A stretch of 64,000 bases of DNA from Candidatus Levybacteria bacterium RIFCSPHIGHO2_01_FULL_40_16 (GCA_001783805.1 MFNS01000007.1:1594-65593), one strand, 5' to 3'; counted from the stretch's first letter, positions 11,265-20,646 are shown. The notes: a model not told the origin generated them from the sequence alone. Translations and numbers: made by a program.

Positions 11265-12563
11265 ATGAATGACAAAAAAACCTTCAAGGAACAGATTGAT
11301 CAGCAAGACGCTCTTAGCGCTATCCGGAAAAAACTTGTCGGCAAGGCTCTTAACTATAAAGAAATTTATAGCATAATGGACCAGATCGCCAAAGAAAGAT
11401 TAGGTCAGGTCGTGACGACATATTTTGCGGCGTCCGGTTACGCGCAGGGATTCACAGATCAAGAACTTTATTTCCTCACCAAGGCAATGGTTGAAACAGG
11501 AGAAAAATTGCATTTTAAAGGAATCGTTGCCGATAAACATTCAATCGGAGGAGTTCCCGGAAATCGCACAACACTTATTATCGTCCCTATCATTGCCGCA
11601 GCCGGATTTTTAATTCCCAAAAGTTCTTCCCGGGCAATAACCACCAGCGGTACTGCAGATGATATGGAAATTCTGGCTCCGGTTATCCTGTCAAAAGAAA
11701 GAATCCTGAAAATAGTTAAGAAAATAAAAGCTTGTATTGTTTGGGGAGGAAATTTCAACATCGCTCCTGCAGATGATGTAATTATAAATGTCGAGAAAGA
11801 ATTAATGTTTGAAAGTTTTGATAAAATTATTATTTCTATAATGGCAAAAAAAGTCGCTTTTGGAGCAACACACGTCGTGATAGATTTGCCTTATGGACAC
11901 AGCCTTAAAGTTACGCACCTTAAAGATGCAAAAATTCTTAAGAGTAAATTTGAAAATATAGCAGAAAAGTTCAAGATCAAAATACGGGTGCTAATTCACA
12001 GAACAGATCAGCCTGTCGGACGGGGAATCGGTCCCACTCTTGAAACAAGAGACGCTTTAAGAGTTTTGGAACAGACATTCGACAAGCCCTACGACTTGGA
12101 AGTCAGAAGCATAACCTTAGCAGGAAGTCTTTTGGAGCTCTGTTTAAAAGATTCTCCAAGGCAATTACAGGAATACGTCAAGAATACTTATGGAAATTGC
12201 ACCGGTTGGGCAACAAAGATTTTGCAAGACGGTCTTGCTTTGAAAAAAATGAAAGAAATTATTTTCGAGCAAGGAGGCAATCCCGATACTGAAAGTTCAA
12301 AATTAATTCCGGGTAAATTTATTTACAAAGTGAAAGCAAAGACTGCTTGTGTAATTAAAAATATAGACAGCAAAAATCTAACGCTTTTAATAAAAGCTTT
12401 AGGTGCGCCTCTGCAGAAAAAATCCGGTATTTACCTGGATCACAAAGAAGGAGAAAGAGCAGAAAAAGGTGATGCCATTTGTACACTTTACAGCGAAAAC
12501 GTGTATAATCTTAAACAAGGAAAAAAGACGCTCAAACAATATCCGGTATTTGATTTTAAATGA
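11265..12563 (+). CDS. thymidine phosphorylase family protein, AMP phosphorylase-like
   Basis: DKHSIGGVPGNRTT, PKSSSRAITTSGTAD, IVWGG...APADD motifs of the AMP phosphorylase subgroup. Confidence 0.85.
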   Translation: MNDKKTFKEQIDQQDALSAIRKKLVGKALNYKEIYSIMDQIAKERLGQVVTTYFAASGYAQGFTDQELYFLTKAMVETGEKLHFKGIVADKHSIGGVPGNRTTLIIVPIIAAAGFLIPKSSSRAITTSGTADDMEILAPVILSKERILKIVKKIKACIVWGGNFNIAPADDVIINVEKELMFESFDKIIISIMAKKVAFGATHVVIDLPYGHSLKVTHLKDAKILKSKFENIAEKFKIKIRVLIHRTDQPVGRGIGPTLETRDALRVLEQTFDKPYDLEVRSITLAGSLLELCLKDSPRQLQEYVKNTYGNCTGWATKILQDGLALKKMKEIIFEQGGNPDTESSKLIPGKFIYKVKAKTACVIKNIDSKNLTLLIKALGAPLQKKSGIYLDHKEGERAEKGDAICTLYSENVYNLKQGKKTLKQYPVFDFK

Positions 12564-13516
12564 AGAAATTAATTATTATTGTCTTAGTTCTCGCAACCGT
12601 TTCCCTCGGAGGCTTGTTGTGGTGGATAAACGGAACGTCTCCTGTAAATCCAGCTAACAAGGAGTCTGCTATATTTGTTATTCAAAAAGGATCCGGTTTG
12701 AAGGAAATAGCTCTGAGGCTTGAAGCCGCGGGGCTTATTAGAGATCGTATAATTTTCTTCCTTTACGCAAGATTTGGGAGATTCGAAGGGAAAATTCAAG
12801 CCGGAGATTTCCGCCTAAATCCGTCTATGAGCGTTGAAGAAATTGCCCAAAATTTAACGCATGGAACTTTAGATGTTTGGATAACAATTCCTGAAGGAGA
12901 AAGGGGAACAGAAATCGCAGATACTCTCAAAGAAAAAATACCTACATTTGATCCTTCTTGGACGATTATCCTGACCCAAAATGAAGGCTTTCTTTTTCCG
13001 GATACTTACCTTATTCCCAAAGACGCAAGTATAAATAGTATCATTATACAAATGAAAAATAATTTTGAACAAAAATACCAATCCCTAGATACTTCCAAAA
13101 CCAAACTCAGCAAGAGTGAGATAGTCACATTGGCATCCCTGGTGGAGAGAGAGGCAAAGTTTGCAGAAGATAGGCCGTTGGTCGCAAGCGTGCTCTTGAA
13201 CAGATTTCAAATTGGAATGAAGCTGGACATTGATGCCACAGTCCAATATGCTCTTGGGTACTCAACGGAGGAAAAAACCTGGTGGAGGAAAAATTTAACT
13301 TTTGAAGATTTGAAAATTACCTCTCCTTACAACACTTACAGAAATGCGGGTCTTCCTCCAACTCCAATTGCCAACCCGGGAATTGAGGCCTTGCGTGCGG
13401 TAGTCAATCCAGCGGATACTAATTTTCTGTATTATATTTCCGACAAAACCGGGCATTTGCATTTTGCCAAAACACTCAACGAACAAAGCGCAAATATCAA
13501 AAAATTCGGCCTCTAG
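12560..13516 (+). CDS. mltG: endolytic transglycosylase MltG
   Basis: N-terminal TM helix, EGFLFPDTY, LASLVEREA, SPYNTYRNAGLPPTPIANPG. Confidence 0.95.
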   Translation: MKKLIIIVLVLATVSLGGLLWWINGTSPVNPANKESAIFVIQKGSGLKEIALRLEAAGLIRDRIIFFLYARFGRFEGKIQAGDFRLNPSMSVEEIAQNLTHGTLDVWITIPEGERGTEIADTLKEKIPTFDPSWTIILTQNEGFLFPDTYLIPKDASINSIIIQMKNNFEQKYQSLDTSKTKLSKSEIVTLASLVEREAKFAEDRPLVASVLLNRFQIGMKLDIDATVQYALGYSTEEKTWWRKNLTFEDLKITSPYNTYRNAGLPPTPIANPGIEALRAVVNPADTNFLYYISDKTGHLHFAKTLNEQSANIKKFGL

Positions 13517-13528
13517 GTTTCGTGGGGT

Positions 13529-14179
13529 TTAATTAACGTGGCGGGAAATTCCTCTGAAAAATCTCCTGACTTTAGGTTTTTCTTCAACCACTTCCTTTTG
13601 CTCCTCTGGCTTGCTCGCCGACTCGGCTTTCGTAGCCACTCCGGCGAAGGAGGGCTCTTCATCTGTCAGCTCATCAGGCAGAGCTACCGATTTATCTATT
13701 TTGTGAAGAATGCCTGAAACATTTTCTGCTCCTTCTTCCGAAATTGCTCTTAATATCTTTTTACCTTTTTTTGTCCTCAACAAAAATACCACGATGCCTC
13801 CGACAAGAGCGTCCAATAGAAAACCGCTGAAAAAATTATTGTCATGCCATGAGCTTGCTTGCCCTGAGGCAGTCGTTGGGTCATTATCTTTTTCGGTCTT
13901 CTCTATTTTTTTTCCCGAGTCTTTTTCTTTTGAAATAATTTTTTTAAAAAAATTTAATAAAGGCGCTGCTGTTTTAATGCCCGTTGCAATTCCGGACAAT
14001 GAAGATATAGGAGCAGAAACACTTTCCGCTATCACATTCGTATTGTCCAAAACTTTGTTTGCCTTGGAAATTGTCCTGCGGAAATCTCGGAGAATAAAAA
14101 ACACCTGAATTCCCAATGCCAAAAGCAGAATTGTTAGAATAATAATAACTGCAAATAAAGCAATTTGAGGAATATCCAT
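13529..14179 (-). CDS. membrane protein (DUF948-like N-terminus plus YtxH-like C-terminus)
   Basis: Two TM segments; FFSGFLL..LVGG..VFLL.TKKGK resembles YtxH. Confidence 0.55.
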   Translation of the reverse strand: MDIPQIALFAVIIILTILLLALGIQVFFILRDFRRTISKANKVLDNTNVIAESVSAPISSLSGIATGIKTAAPLLNFFKKIISKEKDSGKKIEKTEKDNDPTTASGQASSWHDNNFFSGFLLDALVGGIVVFLLRTKKGKKILRAISEEGAENVSGILHKIDKSVALPDELTDEEPSFAGVATKAESASKPEEQKEVVEEKPKVRRFFRGISRHVN

Positions 14180-14236
14180 ATTAATTCACGATATCATTAA
14201 CCATTTTCCCTGTCAACCCCAATAAAATGATATTCT

Positions 14237-14872
14237 CTATATCTTAACCTCTATGTATCTTTCCAAAATTGTTGTCCGCTTAAAATTGTTCACTGATTTT
14301 ATGGTGATTTTTGCACGTCCAGGAAAGACATTGATAGTTTTTTTAAAATTTCCATCTTTATCCAGACTTGCCGGTTCGGAGTTTATGAAAACAGTTGCGT
14401 TAGGATCAGTTTTGCCAATTACCGTGACTACTTGTGACGAGACTATAGAATTCTCCGCAGGGGCTGAAACTCTAAGCGAGGGGTTAAAAATAGCAGACCG
14501 GTACTGAAAAATTATGTAAACCAAAAGTACAATGAATATCAGGAGAAGGACTTTCAGGGTTTGCGTAATTTTAAATTTCGATAGCGAGAAATCGCTATCC
14601 TTAGTTAATCCTTCTGGAAGTACTTTTACAAATTTGTCTTCTGCATATTCCCTTTTGAAAAGAGCCAGAATTTCATGCTCCGGTAAGCCCAGGAATCTGG
14701 CATAATTCCTGACAAACCCATGAGCGTAAGTGCCTTGGGGCAATTTTTTATAATCTCCCTTTTCTATTGCTTGCAGAAAAGAAGCTCTGATTTTTGTTGC
14801 TTTAGCAACTTCATCAAGAGTTAAGCCTCTTTTGATACGTTCTTCGTAAAGCTTCTCGCCTACATGAATCAT
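14237..14872 (-). CDS. RodZ-like HTH membrane protein with C-terminal Ig-like domain
   Basis: GEKLYEERIKRGLTLDEVAKATKIR..FLQAIEKG...GFVRNYARFLGL followed by a TM helix. Confidence 0.8.
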   Translation of the reverse strand: MIHVGEKLYEERIKRGLTLDEVAKATKIRASFLQAIEKGDYKKLPQGTYAHGFVRNYARFLGLPEHEILALFKREYAEDKFVKVLPEGLTKDSDFSLSKFKITQTLKVLLLIFIVLLVYIIFQYRSAIFNPSLRVSAPAENSIVSSQVVTVIGKTDPNATVFINSEPASLDKDGNFKKTINVFPGRAKITIKSVNNFKRTTILERYIEVKI

Positions 14873-14909
14873 ATAAAATTAAAAATTAAAAATTGAAAAT
14901 TAATAATTG

Positions 14910-17027
14910 TTACTGTTGGTGCAGAGCATTGATGATTTCATCAGCATTTTTCATCAATACATCTCTCGGCTTTGACCCCTCTGCGTGGCTCACAACTCCT
15001 GCAGCTTCCAGCTGGTCCAAAATTCTGGCCGCTCTTGAATATCCGATCGAAAGCCGTCTTTGCAAAAGCGATGCCGAAGCCCGGTCATACTGGCAAACAC
15101 TTCTGATTGCCTCTTCAAAAAGCGCATCTTTCCCATCGCTCCCGATAGATGCACCCCCCTTCTTAAGAACAAGAGGGTTAGAAAAAACTTCTTCCGTATA
15201 TTCAACCGGCGGATTTTTAGCTTTAAGGAACTCGACTAGTTTTCTTACTTCCTTGTCCGAAACAAATGCTCCCTGAATACGGGTGGGTTTAGCTTGGTCA
15301 GGCGGAATGTACAACATGTCTCCCCGCCCAAGCAGTTTTTCCGCTCCGGGGGTATCGAGAATTACCCGGGAATCAATCATGGAAGAAACATTGAAAGCAA
15401 TCCGGCAGGGAATATTTGCTTTAATTAATCCGGTTATAACGTCAACCGATGGTCTTTGTGTGGATACTACCAGATGAATTCCGGTTGCTCTGGCCATTTG
15501 AGCAAGACGGGCAACTGCATCTTCAACATCCACAGGCGCAAAAGCCATCAGATCGGCCAGCTCATCGATTAGAATTATAATGTAGGGAAGAGCTTGAAAA
15601 CCGGCTAGTTCATTGCAGGCATCGATATTTCTGACTCCCCTTTCCGCGAAAGTCTTGTATCTTCTGTCCATTTCATCCATTGCCCACCTCAAAGATTTCA
15701 AAATTTTTTCAACTTCCACAATTACCGGAGTCATCAAATGCGGTATGCCGTTATAACCGGTCAATTCTACTCTTTTCGGATCAATGAGAATTAGCCTGAC
15801 CTCTGCCGGAGAAGCTCTAAAAAGAAGGGAAGAAATAAAAGAATTAATGAGGACCGATTTTCCCGAACCGGTTGTTCCGGCAATTAAAACATGCGGCATC
15901 TTCGCAATATTGGCAACCACCGGATTACCCGAAACGTCCAGTCCTAATGAAACAGTCAGTTTGGATTTGCTTTTGTTCATCACCGAAGATTCAAGCATGG
16001 TTTTCAAAGTTACAATTTCCAAACTTCGATTGGGAATTTCTATTCCGACCAGATTTCTGCCCGGAATCGGCGCTTCAATTCTGATTTGACCGGTTGGAGC
16101 CTCGGTTCTTAAAGCCAAGTCATTGGCCAAGGCGGTAATTTTGGATAATTTTGTGCCTAAGCCCACCTCCAAAGCATATTGGGTCACTGCCGGGCCTAGA
16201 TTTACCTCAACCACCTTTGCCGTAATTGAAAAACTCTGCAAAGTCTCTTCTATTTTTGCCGCAATATCTTTGATGTTTCCCCGGTCAGCCTTTTGTGAGG
16301 TTGTCTCGGATAATAGGGAGAAAGGGGGATATTCCCAAAGGCCGGCTTTGGTCAGAGGGTTGCTGACTAGCTGATCCCCGAGAAGTGAAAATTCTTTTTT
16401 AATTGAAGATGCATTAATAATTGGAGCAGCGGTTGATAAATTTGGCAGCATCTTTGATCCGCCTTTGATCCGCATCGGATTTTCTTTAAATCCCGATTGG
16501 CGCTTGTTCTTAAAAAACCCGATGAGCCCGCTTGGAAAAAGCCGATGCAGATTTCGGAAGATGCGTTGTATAAAGGCAAAAACCTGATCCACAGAGGTGT
16601 TGAAAAAGACAATCAAACCGACCAAAACCCCTACGAAATAAATTAGATTTGCGCCAATCTCCGTCAGGGGATTCGCAATCATCCGAAAAAGTTCTCTTCC
16701 GGCTATTCCGCTACCTGTCAAAGCGGAAAGAGATATGAAGAAAAGTAAATACCCCAAGGAAACATTGAGTCCGGATAAAAATAATCTTAATTTTAAGAAC
16801 AAAAATCCAAAAAATATTAAAACGAAAGGAAAAAGGATAGCTATGCTGCCGAAATACTGCTTCAAAAGCTCACTGATGAAAATAAAAGATGTGCTGTTTT
16901 TGGTGAAAAAAGACAGAAGAAGAATTATACCTAGAACTATGAACCCAAACGCAAAAAGAGAATAAACAGTGCCCTTTTTTAGCTTTAATCTTAACTTACT
17001 TTTATGATAATGCTTTCTCCTGGCCAT
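14910..17027 (-). CDS. ftsK: DNA translocase FtsK
   Basis: N-terminal TMs, PHVLIAGTTGSGKS, IDELADLM, gamma domain SLLQRRLSIGYSRAAR; start at MARRKH with TATAAT 7 nt upstream. Confidence 0.96.
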   Translation of the reverse strand: MARRKHYHKSKLRLKLKKGTVYSLFAFGFIVLGIILLLSFFTKNSTSFIFISELLKQYFGSIAILFPFVLIFFGFLFLKLRLFLSGLNVSLGYLLFFISLSALTGSGIAGRELFRMIANPLTEIGANLIYFVGVLVGLIVFFNTSVDQVFAFIQRIFRNLHRLFPSGLIGFFKNKRQSGFKENPMRIKGGSKMLPNLSTAAPIINASSIKKEFSLLGDQLVSNPLTKAGLWEYPPFSLLSETTSQKADRGNIKDIAAKIEETLQSFSITAKVVEVNLGPAVTQYALEVGLGTKLSKITALANDLALRTEAPTGQIRIEAPIPGRNLVGIEIPNRSLEIVTLKTMLESSVMNKSKSKLTVSLGLDVSGNPVVANIAKMPHVLIAGTTGSGKSVLINSFISSLLFRASPAEVRLILIDPKRVELTGYNGIPHLMTPVIVEVEKILKSLRWAMDEMDRRYKTFAERGVRNIDACNELAGFQALPYIIILIDELADLMAFAPVDVEDAVARLAQMARATGIHLVVSTQRPSVDVITGLIKANIPCRIAFNVSSMIDSRVILDTPGAEKLLGRGDMLYIPPDQAKPTRIQGAFVSDKEVRKLVEFLKAKNPPVEYTEEVFSNPLVLKKGGASIGSDGKDALFEEAIRSVCQYDRASASLLQRRLSIGYSRAARILDQLEAAGVVSHAEGSKPRDVLMKNADEIINALHQQ

Positions 17028-17132
17028 ATGAACTATTATATACCCCTTCGTTTTCAAAATAAAAGGGGTAATGCCCAACGAAGCCCCGCTCAGCGGGGCG
17101 GAGTGGCATATACCAAAAACCCAGACTACGAG

Positions 17133-17173
17133 TTAAACTTTAATCGTATCTGGGGGGGGCGCAGATCCCCACA
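17133..17173 (+). repeat. degenerate copy A of the rnj 3' end (cassette boundary)
   Basis: ttaaactttaat...ggggggggcgcagatcccc vs rnj end ctaaacttcaat...gggggcggcggcgcagatcc. Confidence 0.75.
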
Positions 17174-17198
17174 AGTTTTCTTGTGATATAATTTATCT

Positions 17199-17627
17199 GT
17201 GGATAAATTCATTGGGATATTAATCGTATCAACCTCAACTATTCTCTATGCGTTTCTCTATCCATTATTGAAAAAAGCTAATCAGCAGTTACCGCCTTTT
17301 ACTACAATGGCCATCTCTATGTTTATACTTTTCCTTCTGGCAGCTTTCTCCAGTATCTTCTTGGAGAATGGATTACAAATTAAAACTAATATTATCAAGA
17401 ATAATCTTCAGATTTTACTTACAGTAGGGGCGATAAATTTTATTGCCTTTTGGCTAGCAATACTTGGTTTCAAGTATATGGCTGTTTGGCAACAGGATAT
17501 GTTTGCGCTGATTACTCCAGTAGTTGCGGGTATATTTGCCTATTTTCTTTTGGGAGAAAAAATGAATCCTAATTTATTTACTGGTTTGATTATCATGGGA
17601 GCAGGTCTCTACATCGCTCTAAGATAA
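17199..17627 (+). CDS. EamA/DMT family transporter
   Basis: 142 aa with several TM helices, ALITPVVAGIFAYFLLGEK motif; GTG start 6 nt after TATAAT. Confidence 0.85.
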   Translation: MDKFIGILIVSTSTILYAFLYPLLKKANQQLPPFTTMAISMFILFLLAAFSSIFLENGLQIKTNIIKNNLQILLTVGAINFIAFWLAILGFKYMAVWQQDMFALITPVVAGIFAYFLLGEKMNPNLFTGLIIMGAGLYIALR

Positions 17628-17652
17628 TAGCTCCTCAGGAAACGAGTAGACA

Positions 17653-17674
17653 TGGGGGGGCGCAAATCCCCACA
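17653..17674 (+). repeat. cassette boundary copy B
   Basis: tgggggggcgcaaatccccaca, nearly identical to the core of copy A. Confidence 0.75.
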
Positions 17675-17695
17675 GACTTTTGATATAATTACCTT

Positions 17696-18238
17696 ATGGC
17701 TAGTGAAATCCATCCAAATAAAGAGTTTAATAAGAACCCTATTGAAATTGCATCTTCTGACGGAGAAATTGTTCTTAGGCAATTTACGCTCCGGGATTCG
17801 GAAGAAATTTTTTCCTTAATCGATAGAAACCGAGAACATTTGTCTCAATTTGGAGATGATACAGCAGATAAATATCCAACCCTACAGTCAGTACGGAAAA
17901 GTATAGAACATCCTAAGAATCCGGAAAGATTACGATTTGCAATCCGGAACAAACAAGGTCAATTTGTAGGAAGCATAAATCTGACACCATATGAGACAGA
18001 TTCAACGCAAGGAGAAATTGGATATTATTTGGGCGCTGAATTTCAAGGAAAAAGATATATGGGAAAAGCAGTTGAGATAATAACAAATTATGGATTTGAT
18101 TTTCTAAATTATAAAACTATTTATGGGGACATTGTCGAAGGAAATACTGCTTCCGTAAACGTTCTTCTTAAAGCCGGCTATCAGGAGACCGGAAAGCACG
18201 GTGAGAAAATCCGCTACTCAAAACAAAGAGGAATGTGA
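17696..18238 (+). CDS. GNAT N-acetyltransferase (RimJ/RimL family)
   Basis: GEIGYYLGAEFQGKRYM, N.AS..VL.KAGY motifs. Confidence 0.9.
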   Translation: MASEIHPNKEFNKNPIEIASSDGEIVLRQFTLRDSEEIFSLIDRNREHLSQFGDDTADKYPTLQSVRKSIEHPKNPERLRFAIRNKQGQFVGSINLTPYETDSTQGEIGYYLGAEFQGKRYMGKAVEIITNYGFDFLNYKTIYGDIVEGNTASVNVLLKAGYQETGKHGEKIRYSKQRGM

Positions 18239-18244
18239 ATCGGA

Positions 18245-18463
18245 GTGAGCGTTGAAACAAGCGCGTTAAAAAATTATTGAATGAGTTGTCAGGGGAATTC
18301 CTCAGCGAGCGAAAGCGAGATTGAGGAAGGGGTGAAATTACCCGACTAACGAATGAAACAATTTTAGCGCGACTTTCACAGCTCAAGAGTTTTTGGTACC
18401 TTTGTCGGCACAAAAGTACATAAAAAAATAAAAATGAGATTCTGAAACTAGTTCAGAATGACA
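18245..18463. repeat. structured repeat copy 1 (long hairpin, tacctttg..caaaagta hairpin, terminal TGTC-type palindrome)
   Basis: Highly similar to 41859-42078 and 33513-33684. Confidence 0.9.
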
Positions 18464-18467
18464 ATTT

Positions 18468-18498
18468 GGAAAAAGGGGGGTGGCGCCGCCGATCCCCC
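18468..18498 (+). repeat. cassette boundary copy C
   Basis: ggaaaaaggggggtggcgccgccgatccccc. Confidence 0.7.
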
Positions 18499-18553
18499 AA
18501 CAAGGCAACCTGATATATTTTGATATACTCCTCCTTTTTGCTATAATTCCACA

Positions 18554-19597
18554 ATGATGAATCCCGAAAACAGAAGTCGCCTTAATCAAATTCCAGCAAG
18601 CGAATCGCTTAGGAGTTGCGAACGACTTAAACCCGGTTATAAATTACTTTTGGCAGGACCAGGATTTCTGGGAGGGTTTGCATTTAAGGAAGTGGGAAGA
18701 ATAAATGAAATTCTTAAGTCAGTAGGAGATTTCGATGAAGCACTAGCGAGAACTTTATTGTATGAATATTTTTCAATTCACAGTCTTTTTTCACGAATGG
18801 TAGGTAAAGAAAATATAGTAGTGATAAAGACTTCAACGATAGAAGTAAAATCTTCTACCAACAACATGATCGCTGCCTTAAAACGAGTGCAATTCCCCGA
18901 TAATTCTGAATTTAAACAAATAGACGCGGATTTCTTAAGTCAAGGCTATCTCAATTGGCCAAGAGACGCATATACACTATTGGACGATAAATTAATGGTG
19001 GATAGTACTGCTTTAAAAATTAATGGTGACAATATTATTAAATCTAGTTTGGGTGAAGGAGGACAAGTTCTTGTTAGGAAAAAAGCTATTCTCGTTACTC
19101 CAGGTATCTGGAAATATAATAAGACTGAAATTAATAGTTTGCAAGGGCAGGGTTACCGAGTTGGATATTTGCCATTTGTAGATGAAACAAAGCAGAAATA
19201 CGATTTTATGGAAACACATATTGACGGCCATTCGACGCTAATAGAGGACCGTGAGGGAAAATTAAATTTAATCGTTGCAGATTCTTACTCCAGGCAAGGA
19301 AATAATACGAGAAAATTTATTAGAAGAGCTGCAGAAACAATTGGGGCTGAAATGATTGAGGTTGATGATAGAAATCTACCGCCCTTAGCTTTTAATGTAC
19401 TTCAATTCGAAGATAATTCGATAGCCATGACAAACTCTAAAGCCAAAGATCTTGAGTTAACCATATATGACTTAGTTGGCAATGACAAAGTCTTCACTAC
19501 GGAGGTTCCATTAATTAATGTACCAAAACTTACTTTAGGAGGAATCCGTTGCCTAACTAATACAATTCCGAATTGGGTTTTGAATAAATATAATTAA
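18554..19597 (+). CDS. amidinotransferase / arginine deiminase superfamily protein
   Basis: WPRD, GEGG, HIDG, GGIRCLT motifs match the Asp/His/Cys pentein catalytic set. Confidence 0.75.
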   Translation: MMNPENRSRLNQIPASESLRSCERLKPGYKLLLAGPGFLGGFAFKEVGRINEILKSVGDFDEALARTLLYEYFSIHSLFSRMVGKENIVVIKTSTIEVKSSTNNMIAALKRVQFPDNSEFKQIDADFLSQGYLNWPRDAYTLLDDKLMVDSTALKINGDNIIKSSLGEGGQVLVRKKAILVTPGIWKYNKTEINSLQGQGYRVGYLPFVDETKQKYDFMETHIDGHSTLIEDREGKLNLIVADSYSRQGNNTRKFIRRAAETIGAEMIEVDDRNLPPLAFNVLQFEDNSIAMTNSKAKDLELTIYDLVGNDKVFTTEVPLINVPKLTLGGIRCLTNTIPNWVLNKYN

Positions 19598-19609
19598 TTT
19601 AGGCTGGAT

Positions 19610-19627
19610 GGGGCGCCGCCGCAGACC
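19610..19627 (+). repeat. cassette boundary copy D
   Basis: ggggcgccgccgcagacc; minus strand reads GLRRRP, cf. rnj DLRRRP. Confidence 0.7.
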
Positions 19628-19646
19628 AGAATTTTACAGGGCTTAA

Positions 19647-19928
19647 TCAATATCTTCTGTATTTATCGTGTTTTCCGATATCCAGGAATAAAGCTGTGCC
19701 CTTGTCTATCCAGGAAAAGAAAATTCGGTTGCCCCTATTAATTCTAATTGTCCAAATACTGTTGCCTTTAAGTTTTTCTAAATTTAAACTTGGATGATTG
19801 GGATTTTTAACAAATAGGGTTATCGCTTTAACTGTTTTAGTAAAAAGTTCAAAATTATTGTTTAAGAATTTCTTTCGGGAAGTTAAATACCTTGAAGAAT
19901 ATGTGATCTTTATGCATGCATTAAGCAT
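19647..19928 (-). CDS. type II TA toxin, RelE/ParE superfamily
   Basis: NPNHPSLNLEKLKG..WTIRINRGNRI...DIGKHD.Y; overlaps the antitoxin stop. Confidence 0.85.
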   Translation of the reverse strand: MLNACIKITYSSRYLTSRKKFLNNNFELFTKTVKAITLFVKNPNHPSLNLEKLKGNSIWTIRINRGNRIFFSWIDKGTALFLDIGKHDKYRRY

Positions 19929-20190
19929 TTGCTTCTTTTCTCATTTCCTCCAAATCAGCTTCAAGTTCTTCCTTTGTAGAGATTGTTTTTGTCTTTCCGG
20001 CTTCATACTCTCTCAAAGCTTCATTAAGCACTGCATCTAATTGGATTTTTTCTAAAAGATCAAGACTAATAATAGCCCCTAGCGGTTTATTGTTAGACAT
20101 AACAATAATTGGCTCTTTGGATTTATTTGCATCTTCCAAAACCTTCTTGTACCCTCTTTGGATCTGTCTTGCTGATACCGTATTAAACAT
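19921..20190 (-). CDS. type II TA antitoxin, Phd/YefM family
   Basis: TVSARQIQRGYKKVLE...EPIIVMSNNKPLGAIIS; TATAAT 6 nt before ATG. Confidence 0.85.
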   Translation of the reverse strand: MFNTVSARQIQRGYKKVLEDANKSKEPIIVMSNNKPLGAIISLDLLEKIQLDAVLNEALREYEAGKTKTISTKEELEADLEEMRKEANA

Positions 20191-20247
20191 GCAATCATTA
20201 TACGCCTTTAAAATGTGTATGTCAATATGACATACATTAATTCTGCC

Positions 20248-20285
20248 CTTCAATCACGACCGGTAAAAAAGGGGGGGCGCAGATC
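20248..20285 (+). repeat. cassette boundary copy E
   Basis: cttcaatcacgaccggtaaaa (21 nt identical to rnj 20921-20941) followed by aagggggggcgcagatc. Confidence 0.9.
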
Positions 20286-20330
20286 AGATTTACTGACTTC
20301 GATAGAAACAATCTATATAATCCACCCATT

Positions 20331-20567
20331 ATGCCAACGAAAGAACGGCCGGCACAATGCCTACTCGGTAACGGAGAGTGCCCTAAATCGTGCGAAAATT
20401 ACGCAATGTCTAGATTGATAACTAATAAGTTGGGCGATAATTTTGACCCTTTCCTATCGAGGCTTCGGGTAATATTTGGGGATGGTTTTAGTAGAGATAT
20501 AAGGGTTGGCGACGTAGCAAATGCTTTAAAAAAGTGCATTAGCGAAAAGAAACCATCTCTATTATGA
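20331..20567 (+). CDS. small hypothetical protein with Cys cluster
   Basis: 78 aa, CLLGNGECPKSC; TATAAT upstream; fills the space between two boundary repeats. Confidence 0.6.
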   Translation: MPTKERPAQCLLGNGECPKSCENYAMSRLITNKLGDNFDPFLSRLRVIFGDGFSRDIRVGDVANALKKCISEKKPSLL

Positions 20568-20599
20568 CCGGCAGAACGTGGGGCGCCGCCGATCCCTTA
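20557..20599 (+). repeat. cassette boundary copy F
   Basis: Minus strand reads DRRRP then, after a 1-nt shift, VLPVIIE, cf. rnj DLRRRPLVLPVVIEV, with synonymous codon changes. Confidence 0.85.
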
Positions 20600-20646
20600 T
20601 CGGACCAAATAACGCATTCTAGCCGGATTTTTAGTATAATAAATGT

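Noticed and set aside
18285-18352. c-di-AMP riboswitch or hammerhead ribozyme in the long repeat (ggggtgaa..cccgac..taac)
   Set aside because: Only short fragments resemble the riboswitch consensus, copies are not consistently in 5' leaders, and there is no CUGAUGA hammerhead core.
18168-18589. Similar short ORFs 18168-18413, 18383-18589, 41842-42024, 41952-42212 and 33507-33689
   Set aside because: These are translations of the non-coding structured repeat; their similarity reflects the DNA repeat.
17152-20277. FtsK KOPS motifs, dif sites or G-quadruplexes in the G runs near ftsK
   Set aside because: The runs do not match GGGNAGGG, no dif-like site was seen, and they are isolated single runs better explained as part of the boundary motif.
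17133-20599. CRISPR array or classical integron attC sites
   Set aside because: Repeats are degenerate and separated by whole genes rather than ~35-nt spacers; I saw no RYYYAAC/GTTRRRY attC hairpins and no cas or intI gene.
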